A stretch of DNA of 64,000 nucleotides from Takakia lepidozioides. Its lineage: Eukaryota > Plantae > Bryophyta. Below the pieces are notes generated by a model. It did no database searches. It was not told where the DNA came from and saw only the letters and a program-made list of their open reading frames with translations. Shown piece after piece: positions 34,437 through 46,780 of the stretch (the first letter of the stretch is position 1; the number at the start of each line of letters is the position of its first letter). A program made the position numbers and the translations under genes. The stretch is from positions 79,856,001 through 79,920,000 of the forward strand of contig CM060732.1 in the NCBI GenBank assembly GCA_030704615.1, given 5' to 3'.

Positions 34437-37400
34437 CTCCCTCCTTAGCGTGTATCAGGTACACTGAATGTGGAGTCTTCATCTTGAAGTTAACTTGGTT
34501 GACATCATCGTTGTGACGTCTTATTGACGTGTAGCTCGGGGCTTAGTTGGATATCGTTGATGAAACTCTTGGACTTTGTCAGATGCATTGGCGAGGTTGG
34601 ATGAAGGTTCTCTCGTTCGTTCGCTGATGCCGTAGCCTTTCCAATGTACGAAATACTCAAGACGTTTATACTTGATGCAAGAGTCTAGGACTTCGTCGAC
34701 TTCATATTCGATTTCCTGATTGACTTCAATTGGTGGAGGTGGTATGGAGACTCTCCTTGGAAAATTCGATGAATGATACAACTCCAATAATGAAACATAA
34801 AAGACTGGATGGATGCGCATACTTCGTGGGAGTTCAAGCCGAAAACTGACCGGATTTATTTGTCGAATAATTTTGAATGGTCCTAGGCGTTGATAATCCA
34901 ACTTCCTTGATGGTCGCGAGGTTTGTATGTCCCGTCGAAGAAGCCACACACGATCTCCGACCTTGAACTGGGGTTGATGTTGTCGATGTTGATTTGCATA
35001 CTCCTTGTATTGTTTTTGAGCTTCTACTAGGTGGAATGTAAGCTCTTTGTGAATCGTAGCAAGATGAGTAGCAAGGTTTTCTTCAGCCAGGCTTCCAACA
35101 GTCTTCATGTAGAAATGGTTGGCTCGAGGATGATGACCGTAATTGAAGAAAAATGAAGTTTGTTTGGTCGAAGAATATATAGTGTTGTTATATGCAAACT
35201 CAGCCAATGACAAAAGGTCCGTCCAATCATTTTGGTGATAATTTATCGTACAGCGAAGATACTGCTCCAAAATTTGGTTTACGCGTTCGGTTTGACCATC
35301 AGTCTGTGAATGATTAGTTGTAGAGAGGTTGATCTTAGTATCCAATATGTGAAATAATCCCCTTCAGAAATTTGATATGAAGTACATGGTCCTCGATCAG
35401 ATACGATGTCCTTCAGGAGTCCATGAATGCGGTAGATATTATTGAGGAAGAGTCTTGAAGTTTTCTCGCCTATAACCGTCTTATTACATGGAATGAAATG
35501 TGTCATCTTTTTAAAACGATCCACAATAACAAGGATTGAGTCGATGGTCTTGGAAATTGGAAGGTCCGTAATAAAGTCCATAGACACGGACGACCATGGA
35601 CCATTGGGAATGGGTAATGGTTGAAGAAGGCCGTAAGGTTGATATCGTGGTCCCTTCGTCCTAGCACACGTGTCGCAAGATTTTCTAAATTCTTTCATGA
35701 GTTTCCAGATCTACGGCCACCAATAGTCCCTGGATACCAATTCCATTGTTTTGTTGAAGCCGAAATGTCCTTCAGCCGGAAGATCATGACATGTTTGAAG
35801 AATTCGAAGTCGTGTAGGTCCTGGAAGTACATAGAGAAGTCCATTGAAATAAAATAAGTCATCTTTGAATTCAAAGTCGTTTGTAACATGTGGGTTGTCT
35901 CGATGTTGATTTAGTTGACTTCGTAGTGCGTAGCAAATTTGTCCCTCTTCAGTAGGAGAACCTCCCTCCTTAGTGTATATCAGATACACTGAATGTGGAG
36001 TCTTCACATTGAAGCTAACTTGGCTGACATCATCGTTGTGACGTCTTATTGACGTGTAGCTCGGGGCTTAGCTGGATATCATTGATAAAACTCTTGGACT
36101 TTGTCAAATGCATTGGCAAGGTTGGATGAAGGTTCCCCCGTTCGTTCGCTGATGTCGTAGCCTTTCCAATGTACGAAATACTCAAGACGTTTATATTTGA
36201 TGCAAGAGTCTAGGACTTCGTCGACTTCATATTCGATTTCCTGATTGACTTTGATTGGTGGAGGTGGTACGGAGACTCTCATTGGAATATTCGATGAATG
36301 ATACAACTCTAATAATGAAACATAAAAGACTGGATACATGCGCATACTTCGTGGGAGTTCAAGCCGAAAACTGACTGGATTTATTTGTCGAATAATTTTG
36401 AATGGTCCTAGGCGTTGATAATCCAACTTCCTTGATGGTCGCGAGGTTTGTATGTTCCGTCGAAGAAGCCACACACGATCTCCGACCTTTGAACTGGGGT
36501 TGGAGTTGACGATGTTGATCTGCATACTCCTTGTTTTTGAGCTTTTGCTAGGTGGAATGTAAGCTCCTTGTGAATCGTAGCAAGATGAGTAGCAAGGTTT
36601 TCTTCAGCTAGGCTTCCAACAGTCTTCATGTAGAAATGGTTGGCTCGAGGATGATGACCGTAATTGGAGAAAAATGAAGTTTGTTTGGTCGAAGAATGTA
36701 TAGTGTTGTTGTAGGCAAACTTAGCCAGGGACAGAAGGTCCGTCCAATCATTTTGGTGATAATTTATCGTACAGCGAAGATATTGTTCCAAAATTTAGTT
36801 TACGCGTTCGGTTTGACCATCAGTCTGTGGATGATTAGCTGTAGAGAGATTGATCTTAGTACCCAATATGTGAAATAATCCCCTCCAGAAATTTGATATG
36901 AACTACGTGGTCCTCGATCAGTTCGATGTCCTTCAGGAGTCCATGAATGCGGTAGATATTATTGAGGAAGAGTCTTGAAGTTTCCTCGCCTATAACCGTC
37001 TTATTACATGGAATGAAATGTGTCATCTTTTTAAAACGATCCACAATAACAAGGATTGAGTCGATGATCTTGGAAATTGGAAGGTCCGTAATAAAGTCCA
37101 TAGACACGGATGACCATGGACCATTGGGAATGGGTAATGGTTGAAGAAGGCCGTAAGGTCAATGTCGTGGTCCATTCGTTCTAGCACATGTGTCGCAAAA
37201 ATTTATAAATTCTTTCACGAGTTTCCACATCTGCGGTCATCAATAGTCCCTGGATATCAATTACATTGTTTTGTTGAAGCCGAAATGTCCTCGAGCCGGA
37301 AGATCATGACATGTTTGAAGAATTCAAAGTCGTGTAGGTCCTGGAGGTACATAGAGAAGTCCCTTGAAATAAAGTAAGCCATTTTTGAATTCGAAGTCGT

Positions 37401-37474
37401 TTGTAACATGTGGGTTTTCTCGAGGTCGATTTAGTTGACTTCGTAGTGTCGTAGCAAATTGGTCCCTCTTCAGT
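34437..37474 (-). repeat. Tandem ~1.52 kb duplication of integrase-chromodomain-PPT
   Basis: 34437-35953 is near-identical to ~35960-37474 (e.g. gtagcaaatt.gtccctcttcagt at both right ends). Confidence 0.9.
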
Positions 37475-39968
37475 GATTCTTTAATCTCCTTTATGATCCC
37501 TGCATCGTCATAGGTGGTCATGGATAACATATTCAATTGGAGATTTGCTGGTTTCAAGATGATGAATTTCTGTTGGTCGAAAGCTGTTTTTTTTTTTTTT
37601 GGGCGCAAGATACGATCGTCGAGAAAGAGCATCGGGTTTCCCTTAAAGATGTCTGGGGTGATAGATAATAACAAAATCAAACCTTGCTAGTGACATATCC
37701 CATCTTGCTTGACATCGATTCAAAACACAAGCACTCATAAAATATTCGAGGTTTTTGTGATCGGTGTAGATAGTGACTTGATGTTTAGCTCACTCCAGTA
37801 GATGACGCCACTCCTCAAAAACATCAATGATGGCTAGAAGTTCTTTGTCATGGATTTCATAATTGATCTCTGCAACGGAAATTTGCGAGAACGAAAATCA
37901 ACAGGGTGAAGTCGGCCATCCGTACTGTATTGAGAGAATATAGCGCCAAGTGCAGGTGATTTTGAATGTCGGATGAAGTTCTTTGACAAATTTTCATCAA
38001 TGTACTCACGTAATGCAGCCAACTCTGTCTGGGATAAGTTATAGATTGGGCCGAATGGTGGTTGATGTTGAAAGAGGAGGGGGTGATGTTGAAAACAATA
38101 TGTGATGCTTGATCTTCAAGCTTCACTTCAAGTGGTTGAGTTTCATGGTCAACATATGCTAACGGTCGTCCATTGATGACTTTAACGGGGGCTGAGAGTT
38201 TCTTCTTTACGAGTGTTAAATTGTGTTGCTTCGCAAAATTTTTGTCAATAAAACATGTTGAAGCCCCTAAGTCCAAAATTGCTTCTACATAGATATCTTG
38301 ACTTTGCACTCTGATTTTTACCGGAACTGTGAAGCAAGGTGCAGGGTCTGGAGGTAAAAATAGACATTTTTTTTTAGAGGAATTTGTGGTGTCCAGCCAC
38401 GTGGTCCCTACTGTGACTTGACATCTTCGTTTTCCGACCTCCTCGTATCGAACACTTGAGTTGCGCCCCGAGCTTTGAATCTTCTTTTGTTGGGGCAGTT
38501 TAATGCTATGTGATATTCTTCTCCGCAATAGAGGCATAATCCATTCGAGCACTGTCTTTGTTTTTCTTGTGGCGTCAATGGCTTGAATCGGAAAGCATCA
38601 ATCTGCATATGATCACTATCGGATGTCTAATGGATCATTGTGTTTAGTGTCGTAGTAGCAGCGGCATGGTGCGTCGTCGACTATCCAGATCGTTTCTCTT
38701 GACATCTTTCAAACAAACGATTATCGCATGCAATGACTTGGGTGATGAATTCGCTCAGTGTATTCACGTTCGGCATCGTCAGCAACAAATCTTTTACACA
38801 TCGAAACTGACTAATGAGGCTCTTCTCATTCTAATCGAGGTCGCATGTAAATTGTCAAAATTCGGCAGCATAAACGGAAGCTGGACGTGCTCCTTGTCGA
38901 AGATTTCGCATCTTTGTCTCAGCAACTCTTTCTATATCATTCTCTCCAAACGCTGCAGTGAACTCGGACATGAACGCTTCAAAATTGTATAGTAAATGTG
39001 AATTTTTTTCTAATAGCGGTGCAAACCAAGATAGGGCAGTGCCCGATAGAATGGTACCCACGAATCCTACTTGAATACCTTTATCGGGGTAGCGTTATGA
39101 ATATAGTCGTAGGAACAGTCGTATTTGTTGAACAAAACCGCGAAATCTTGATCTCGTCCCATCAAATTTATCGGGCATGCTGATCTTTGGTTCTCTCGTA
39201 ATCTGTTGAAGAAGAACCGTTGCAGTAAGAGCTGTTGCAGTAGAGACTCGTATGGTTGAAGATCCATTATTCGACTCTTTAACTCTAAAATTTGTTGTTG
39301 CAAATTGTGAAGAGCGTTGCCAAGATCTTGAGACTGATCAGCTTGTAATTGGGCGGTAGAAGTACGAAGTTCTTGCATCTGGAGCTGAAGACTCTGCAAT
39401 GTGGCGACCATTTCCGCAAATGTGCCTTCCATCTTAACTAACTAAGGAACAAACGTTAGTCTCGCCAAACTGTCAAGGACGAGAACATGATTGAACACAA
39501 ACAAGAGATCAGACTAGAGGTACATGACTAGACAAGAAGTCAAGGTTGGCGTGGCCGAATGCATGATGGGTAAACATGAATCAAGATGATCTTTATAACA
39601 ATGGATAATAGTACAAGATACTGAAACTCGACTTGAATAGTGGAATGCTAGAAATTGGACTGGAGTAGCAGATATTGGAAACTGGACTAGAGTACTGGAA
39701 GCTGGACTGGAGTACTGGGACTGGAAAGAAGAGTAGCTTGAACTTGTGTTGGCGAGACTGAAGAGTGTCCATTCTCGCCTCCTATATATACTGGCTACTA
39801 GAAAGTTCCATAAGAAGCTTCCCAAATGGAGATTTCTTGATGGAGAAGTTTCCTCAAACAAAGGACGTATCTTGATGGAGAAGTTTCCTCCAAATGAAGC
39901 TTTCTGAGCAGTTTCCCAAGTTATTTTTAGTAATTTGATAAACTCCCGATAACTTGATAACTTATGGT
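34437..39968 (-). mobile_element. Defective Ty3/gypsy chromovirus (Tcn1/Tf1-like): 5' LTR 39471-39968, PBS, gag (ATG 39432), protease, RT mostly deleted, RNaseH, integrase+chromodomain duplicated in tandem, PPT
   Basis: gag LSGTALSWFAPLLE...LRQGARPASVYAAEF; zinc knuckle CLYCGEEYHIALNC; protease AILDLGAS; IRHSKSPA fused to LGAIFSQ; integrase [27 protein letters not shown]; chromodomain YEVDEVLDS...YFVHWKGY; PPT aaggagggagg. Confidence 0.93.
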
Positions 39969-41589
39969 AGCCCCCTGCTTCGATTCGGGAGTCTGTTTAT
40001 ACCCTGCACATCAACATCATCGACCACCCTCAAAGCTCTCTAAACACGGTCATGTATCACCATGATACCCCTGGTTGACATTTCTTCCCCTTTGGCACGT
40101 TCACAACCCGACATAATGTTTTTCGCATCAACATGCATGAAGATTCCCCTTACACGCCAAACAGCTTATACCACCAGGATGTCTACACAACTGAGCCAGC
40201 GATTGTTTACACACTCACCATAGAGAACACCCCCCGTTCAAGTATGAGAAACGTCGGAGTGCAGCCGACGCTCAGCCAGCGGTTGTCACCATGCATGAGC
40301 TTGACAACTCCCTCCGGAGCGCCACCATCACAATATCTTCTCCACAAATGTTTGATGCTATGGCACTTGCACTGTTTCAGCAGTTTTTCAAGGGACTGAA
40401 GTTGAAGCGCCTCATGTTTGTGGATACCCAGTTATCTCTGGATTCTTCTTGCTCAGCTTGTCACAGACATAGCCCAGAAGAACTTACCAGGGGTAAATAC
40501 CATAAGTTACCATGTTACCAAAAATTACTATTAGTTACAAAGTTACCGGGAGTTTACCAAACTACTGAGAGTAACTTGGAAACTGCTCACGAAGCTTCAT
40601 TTGGAGGAAACTTCTCCATCGAGATACCTCCTTTTTTTAAGAAAACTTCTTCATCAAGAAACTTTAACCTTGGAAACTCCTCCATCACGAAATCTTCATT
40701 TGGGAAGCTTCTTAGGGAACTTCCTAGTAGCCATTATATATAGGAGGCGAGACTGGACACTCTTCAGTCTCGCCAACACAAGTTCAAGCTACTCTTGCAC
40801 TACAATTCAAGCTGGGCTTTTCGACTCTGTATTTGACTCATATTCGAGTCGTTTGCGACATTTTTACTCCAAGGCTCCATAATCGAACATGCGTGACAAA
40901 GGTCAAGTCGTTTCAGTCAAGATCCAGATGCCAGGTTTTGACAGTGAAATGTGACAGTAAGACCTAGGGGGTGGCATGTAGACAACACAATATGACGTGG
41001 ATGCGACGCGGCTATGACGTGTAAATAAAGTGGTTAACTGGATTATGACGTGGATACATGACGTGTAGTAAAGTGGTTTAACTGAAGTGGAACATATTGA
41101 CTATATTCCATATGATGTTTAGTATGTGGTTTGACTGTAAATCAGTGATAGTGAGATTGCTTGACTTTGTATAGTGTAATATTCTACTGTGAATCAGTAA
41201 AAGATGACACACTTTAGTAAATATGTTTCAATCTGGGGTGTATATATATACACATAAATATAAAAATACATACATACATATATATATATATAGAGAAATT
41301 GGGGAGGCCTTTTGTTTGATATATGTTTTTTTAGTTTTTATTTATTACTGTTTTGTAAGTTTTTCTCTAATTTACTTTTTGTTTATTTTTTAATTTTATA
41401 TCTATATATGTGAATTAATAGGTTTTGTATTTAATTTTTTTTATTCGTTGCACTGCCTTGAAAATACATTACAACAAATATTACCAACATAAGAATACAA
41501 TACTGGCAGGAACCAAAAACATTTGGATGGCTCAAAACTGGTTTATATCAAGAATGTTTTATAAAGCAAGTTTGGTCACATTCTACAGA

Positions 41590-44500
41590 TGACCAACATG
41601 AGGGCCATGTTGCCATATCCATAGATCACTGCCCAAGTGAAGCAATTAAGTAAGGAAAATCTGCTGTGCAGGTCCAGCACTATTGTGGACATGTCAAGAG
41701 AAAATCAGAAATCATTTCGAGAATGAATTCAGGAACTTGTAGTTCCAGAGAATGGTGGTGCCAGCTACCATGTCACCCAAAGTGACATCCACTTCCAGGG
41801 CTGCCTTGACATACATATCCACCAAGGCAGTGTTTAAAGTAACATCTAGTGATACAACTCCAGCTTTGTCGATGTTACCATGGACCTTTGTAGGCTCACA
41901 TTTGACGGAGATGTACACCAAGGGAATGTTCAGAATGACATCTGGTACAATTCCAGCTTTGATAATGTCACCATGAACCTCTTTGCCCCTTCCCAGGGCT
42001 GCTAGGTTCGCATATGCATATTGCAAACACAAATGAACATGACATGGTCTGGCTTCATCCCTTACCACATCATTTGCTCTTAGGTTTCCAAAGCCTTAAT
42101 CCCATACCCATCATAATGCACATACCTTGCAATCATGGCACTCCAAAATACCACAATCTCTTCAGCCATATTGTCGAACTCTCCCTTCGCATCAGGCTTG
42201 CTGCACCCACATTTGGCATACATGTCCACCAGGGCAGAGTTCAGAATGACAACTGGTACAATTTCCACTTTAACGATCGGCATAAGCAAGGGAAGGACAC
42301 AGCAGAGCTGCTGCTCTCTTCCGTTGCCAAAAAAAACAGAAGAAAAAAAAAGGGAGGGGCTGAGAGAGCCGCCATGGCTGTGAAGTACCAGTATGCTGCA
42401 ACGTGATGTGGTCGGGCTTCACCCCTTCCCCCTTTGATCATAGGTCTCCAAAGCTTCCATACCATGTCCCTGCTGTGCATACCCTGCAGGCATCACGTTC
42501 CCCCCACGTTCCATGACACCACATCTCGTTCAGCCATAGTGTTGAAAACTCCCTTAGCATCCTTAATGCACCCACATTTGGCATACATGTCCACCAGGGC
42601 AGTGTTCAGAATGACATCTGGTACAAATCCAGCTTTGACGATGTCACCATGGACCTCTGACAACCACGATCATGCACTAGCAGACAGTGACACTGTCCAA
42701 TCTGCAAAATACATGTTGGAGATGATTGCGTCAATCCACCTATCAATGACAAGTACACAACCCTGTTATATATTGTGCACCCTCCTTTCTCTCTGAGCAG
42801 ATCAGAAACAGAACTAGTAAAGAAAGTGGCAACTGAAACTAGTACATCCAGGTCTCTGAAGTGTGTCTTGATTGAACCAGCCTTAGGGTGCTTAAAAGTT
42901 AGGCATTGCTGCAGGCCAAGCGTTCCTAGTAGCACCTCCGAGCCAATTGAAGGATTTGTGGGTGCTGAGATCCCCTACACAGGTTGGTTGGCCAACCTTG
43001 GACAAAGACATAGAGACTGATTGTTTTATGTGGTCAAGCACATTCACTCCAAATGATTCTCCTGCTGCTCGTGGAGCTGGAAGAACCTCTTCTGCCACTG
43101 CTATTCTCTGCAAAGCAGGAAACCAGAGGAACTTGTTTAGACCAGCCCCAAACTGTCCCTCTCTTCACCATAGTATGCCTGCACATAAGGCTTTGCAAAG
43201 AGGTGGACCCTACACTGTGCTTGCAAAACCAATACCAGTCTGAATAACATGCTTACAAATAAAAATTCCGGCTTACTTTAGCTACAAAGGAGTGGCGATG
43301 CCAAACCAGTATGAGCGCATAGTAGCAGAACAATGAGCTTTCTGTTCCAGTCTCAATGTTAAATGTTGATGTACAGAGAAGACCAGAATCCCAATTATGA
43401 AGATCTTGACAGAGGGCAACAAAGACTGCAACCAACAATCCAACAGAAGAATAAATGAACATAATTTGTCTCAAAAGAATTCAACATGCACCTCTTTGCC
43501 TATTTGCAGAATTCAACATGTCGCCATGCACCTCTTTGCCCTTTTCCAGGGCTGCCAGGCTTGCACACACACTGCAAACGCACACAAACGTGATGTGGTC
43601 GGGCTTCACCCCTTCGCACATCATTTGCTCATACGTCTCCAAAGCCTCCATCCCACGCCCCTGCTGTGCATACCTTGCAATCATCGCGTTCCACGACACC
43701 ACATCTCGTTCAGCTATACTATCGAACACTCCCTTTGCATACATGTCCACCAGGGCAGTGTTCTCGCAGTGTTCAGGATCACATCTGGTAAATTCCAGCT
43801 TTGACGATGTCGCCATGCACCTCTTTGCCCTTTTCCAGGGCTGCAAGGCTTGCACACGCACTGCAAACGCACACAAACGTGATGTGGTCGGGCTTCACTC
43901 CTTCGCACATCATTTGCTCATATGTCTCCAAAGCCTCCATCCCGCGTCCTTGCTGTGCATACCCTGCAAGCATCGCACTACACAACACCACATTTCGTTC
44001 AGCCATGTTTTTGAACACTCCCTTTGCACCCTCGATGCTCCCACATTTGGCATATATGTCCACCAGGGCAGTGTTCAAAATGACATCTGGTACAAATCCA
44101 GCTTAGACGATGTCACCATGGACTCTTTCACCTTTTCCAGAGCTCCCAGCCTTGCACACGCATTGCAAACACAAACAAACGTGATGTGGTTGGGCTTCAC
44201 CCTTCGCGCAGCAGTTGCTCATAGGTCTCCAATGCATTCCTACCACACCCATCCTTGGTAAATCTGCCAACAATATATTCCACGTGATCAAAGATCGTTG
44301 AGGCATTCTGTTGAACACTTGGTGAACATCCATGATGCTTCTGCACTTAACATACATGTTGACAAGGGTGTTGAGGAGAAAAACATTTGGTGTGAATCCA
44401 CTTCGGATAATGTGAGTGTGCACCTGCTTTCCAGCTTCCAGGCCTAGAGCCTCTTTCAGTCTGCCTGCCTCACAAAGCATCTTCACAGGCCCAGAAGTGC

Positions 44501-44624
44501 CAGAAGACGCATTGTGGACTCCCTCTCTTGATCCTCTAGTTCCAGAAGCTGTGGTCTGGTTGAGGTGCCTGATTTTATCAACTGTGCCGCTGCAGCTACT
44601 GCCTTTAGTTGACCATATACCCAT
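41590..44624 (-). pseudogene. PLS-class PPR gene fragments (N-terminus plus P-L-S triplets) inside the CACTA; no E/DYW domain seen
   Basis: MGIWSTKG...LCEAGRLKEALG-LEAGKQVHTHIIRSGFTPNVFLLNTLVNMYVKC; repeated NTALVDMYAKCG, ERDVVSWNAMIARYAQQGRGMEALETYEQMMCEGVKPDHITFVCVCSACASLAALEKGKEVHGDI; frameshifts and deletions. Confidence 0.92.
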
Positions 44625-45499
44625 GCTGGTTTGTTGTAGCTATTGATCCACATGGAATCATAGGTAATCTTGTGCTTGAAATCTGGCCCTCTTGGTGCAT
44701 CTGTACCCACACTCTACCCCCGCTAGCCTCAGTTATACCATCATTGACTGGTGTTCGAAAAGTATTCATTCCACAGCTTCTCCTCATCTTTGTTACATGT
44801 TTTTCGATACTTTCCTGTTCTGAAATTGGCAGTATCATGTCAAAGTCACTCCAAACTAGATTCACTCATCCAGCTAACTTGCAGAATTCAACATGGAAAT
44901 TTAGGGCGGATTCTGATAAGAAGGAAAAACAGGGTGAAATGTGTTGAAGAAGGTGACTTGATTAGCAGTACCTGATTTTATCCATTGTGCCGCCGCTGCT
45001 GCGGCTTCCAGTTGACCATCTGTTTCTTGTAGCTATCCTCCACAGGGAATCATTGGTAATCTGGAGCTTGAAATCCGGGCCTCTTGGATGAATCTGGACC
45101 CACAATCTATCCCTGCACTCCTCTAGCTATCCATGGCTGTGTACAAAACGTGAATACATCCTCAGCCTTGCTGCAGCTAGCAGCTGAAGCAGCTGACACT
45201 GAAGCCCTAACCCTAACTACAGTAACATGTCAAAATCACTCCAAAAACCACCATAGATCCACCAACGAGCTTCTCCTCATCTATGTTGTACTTTCCTGCC
45301 GCCACATCGGTAGTAACTTGTCAAAGTCACTCCTAACCACCACAGATCCACCCAACGAGCTAACTTACAGAATTCAATGTGCATCTCAGGGCCGAGTCTG
45401 ATGAGGGCGTAAAACAGGCAGAAATAGGTTCAAGAAGAAGGTGCCCTCACCACATTGTCGACCTTGACCTTGTGTCATGACCCATGGAGGATTTGACCA

Positions 45500-46200
45500 A
45501 CCATCAACCCAAAGAACCTCTTGTGTGTGCTGCTTGTGTCTGTAGTCAGGTACTGTCGGATTGGTCTGTGAGAACCACCTCGGTGCAGCTGAGCAGGCAG
45601 AGATTGAAAGACTACATGCTAAGACCAAGCTGACTCTCCCAAGAACCTTGTAAACATCAGGAAGAATACCAAATCGTGGTACTAAGAGGAGCCAAGAGCC
45701 CACATTTGCAGGATGGAGAAACTCCTTCACATCGTAAATTAAGAAAAAGCCACACCTTGCGATTGCGGTTGTCGCACCATCGTGAAGGATCTTCAAAAAA
45801 ACTCATGCTAGCTCTGCTCCGTGCTGCAAATTCAAGGCCAAGTCTAAGGAGAGGGCAAAACAGGTCTGACCATGAACCCAAGAGGACCTCCTGTGTGTGC
45901 TGCTTGTGTCTGTAGTCAGGTAATGTCGGATTGGTCCGTGAGAACCACCACGGTGCAGCTGAGCGGGCAGAGATTGAAACACGGCCTGCTAAGACCAAGC
46001 TGACTCTCCCAAGAACCATGTAAACATGAGGAAGAATACCAAATCGTGGTACTAACAGGAGCCAAGAGCCCACATTTGCAAGATTGACAAACTTCTTCAC
46101 ATCATACATTAAGAAAAAGCCACATCTTGCGATTGCGGTTGTCCCACTATCTGGAAGGATCTGTAAACAACTCATGCCAGTTCTGCTCCGTGCTCCAAGG
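45500..46200. repeat. Two tandem ~370-bp copies of a LINE-linker-derived sequence inside the CACTA
   Basis: tgcttgtgtctgtagtcagg at 45531 and 45901; taaacat.aggaagaatacc at 45651 and 46021; left part resembles 22570-22620. Confidence 0.8.
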
Positions 46201-46239
46201 CAGCCGTTTGTGCTCCGACACACAAAGCAACCAGCACCT

Positions 46240-46450
46240 GCCGGCTCATGCCCTTGCTAAGAAAATCCTGCCATCATTGCTTTCCACGAGACTACATTGC
46301 GTTCAGGCATTTCGAAAAACACTCGTCGTGCATCCACTATACTTCCGCTCATGCCAGCTCTAAACCCTATACACAAAGCCCGCCTTGCGATTGTATTCAT
46401 TCCTCCGCTCCTCTCCAGAAGCCCCGCAACTTCCAAACTACATCTCACTA
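46240..46450 (-). pseudogene. Single PPR motif fragment inside the CACTA
   Basis: [32 protein letters not shown]. Confidence 0.75.
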
Positions 46451-46544
46451 GCTTTCACGATGCTTTGGATGCAGACCCCAAAAACACTAAGTCTCAGCCT
46501 GCACACTGCGACTTAGCAACCCTAAATTCGAGCCAAGTGCATTA

Positions 46545-46780
46545 TCATTCGTCAATAGTTGCCAGCAAGACGTTTGCTTTATCATTCATTCATACGTTCA
46601 TCCAGTGCACAAAAATTATGTTTGATACGTTCATCCAATAGTTGCCAACAAGGTGTTTGTTTATCATTCGTTCAGATAAACATTTGTTTTGTTTCACTAA
46701 CATTTCATACGTTCATCCAATAGTTGCCAGCAAGGCATTTGTTTATCATTCGTTCAGATATTTCAGTTGTTATGTTTCAC
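46545..46780. repeat. Three imperfect ~80-bp tandem repeats near the right end of the CACTA
   Basis: atagttgccagcaag...tttatcattc at ~46555, ~46638 and ~46720. Confidence 0.7.

Noticed and set aside
41590-44624. Functional PPR-DYW editing factor
   Set aside because: Multiple frameshifts, deletions and insertions; no E/DYW (HxE, CxxC, DYW) motif found.
46545-46780. CRISPR-like repeat/spacer array (also 61951-62236)
   Set aside because: These are degenerate tandem repeats without unique spacers, in a eukaryotic TE context with no cas genes.
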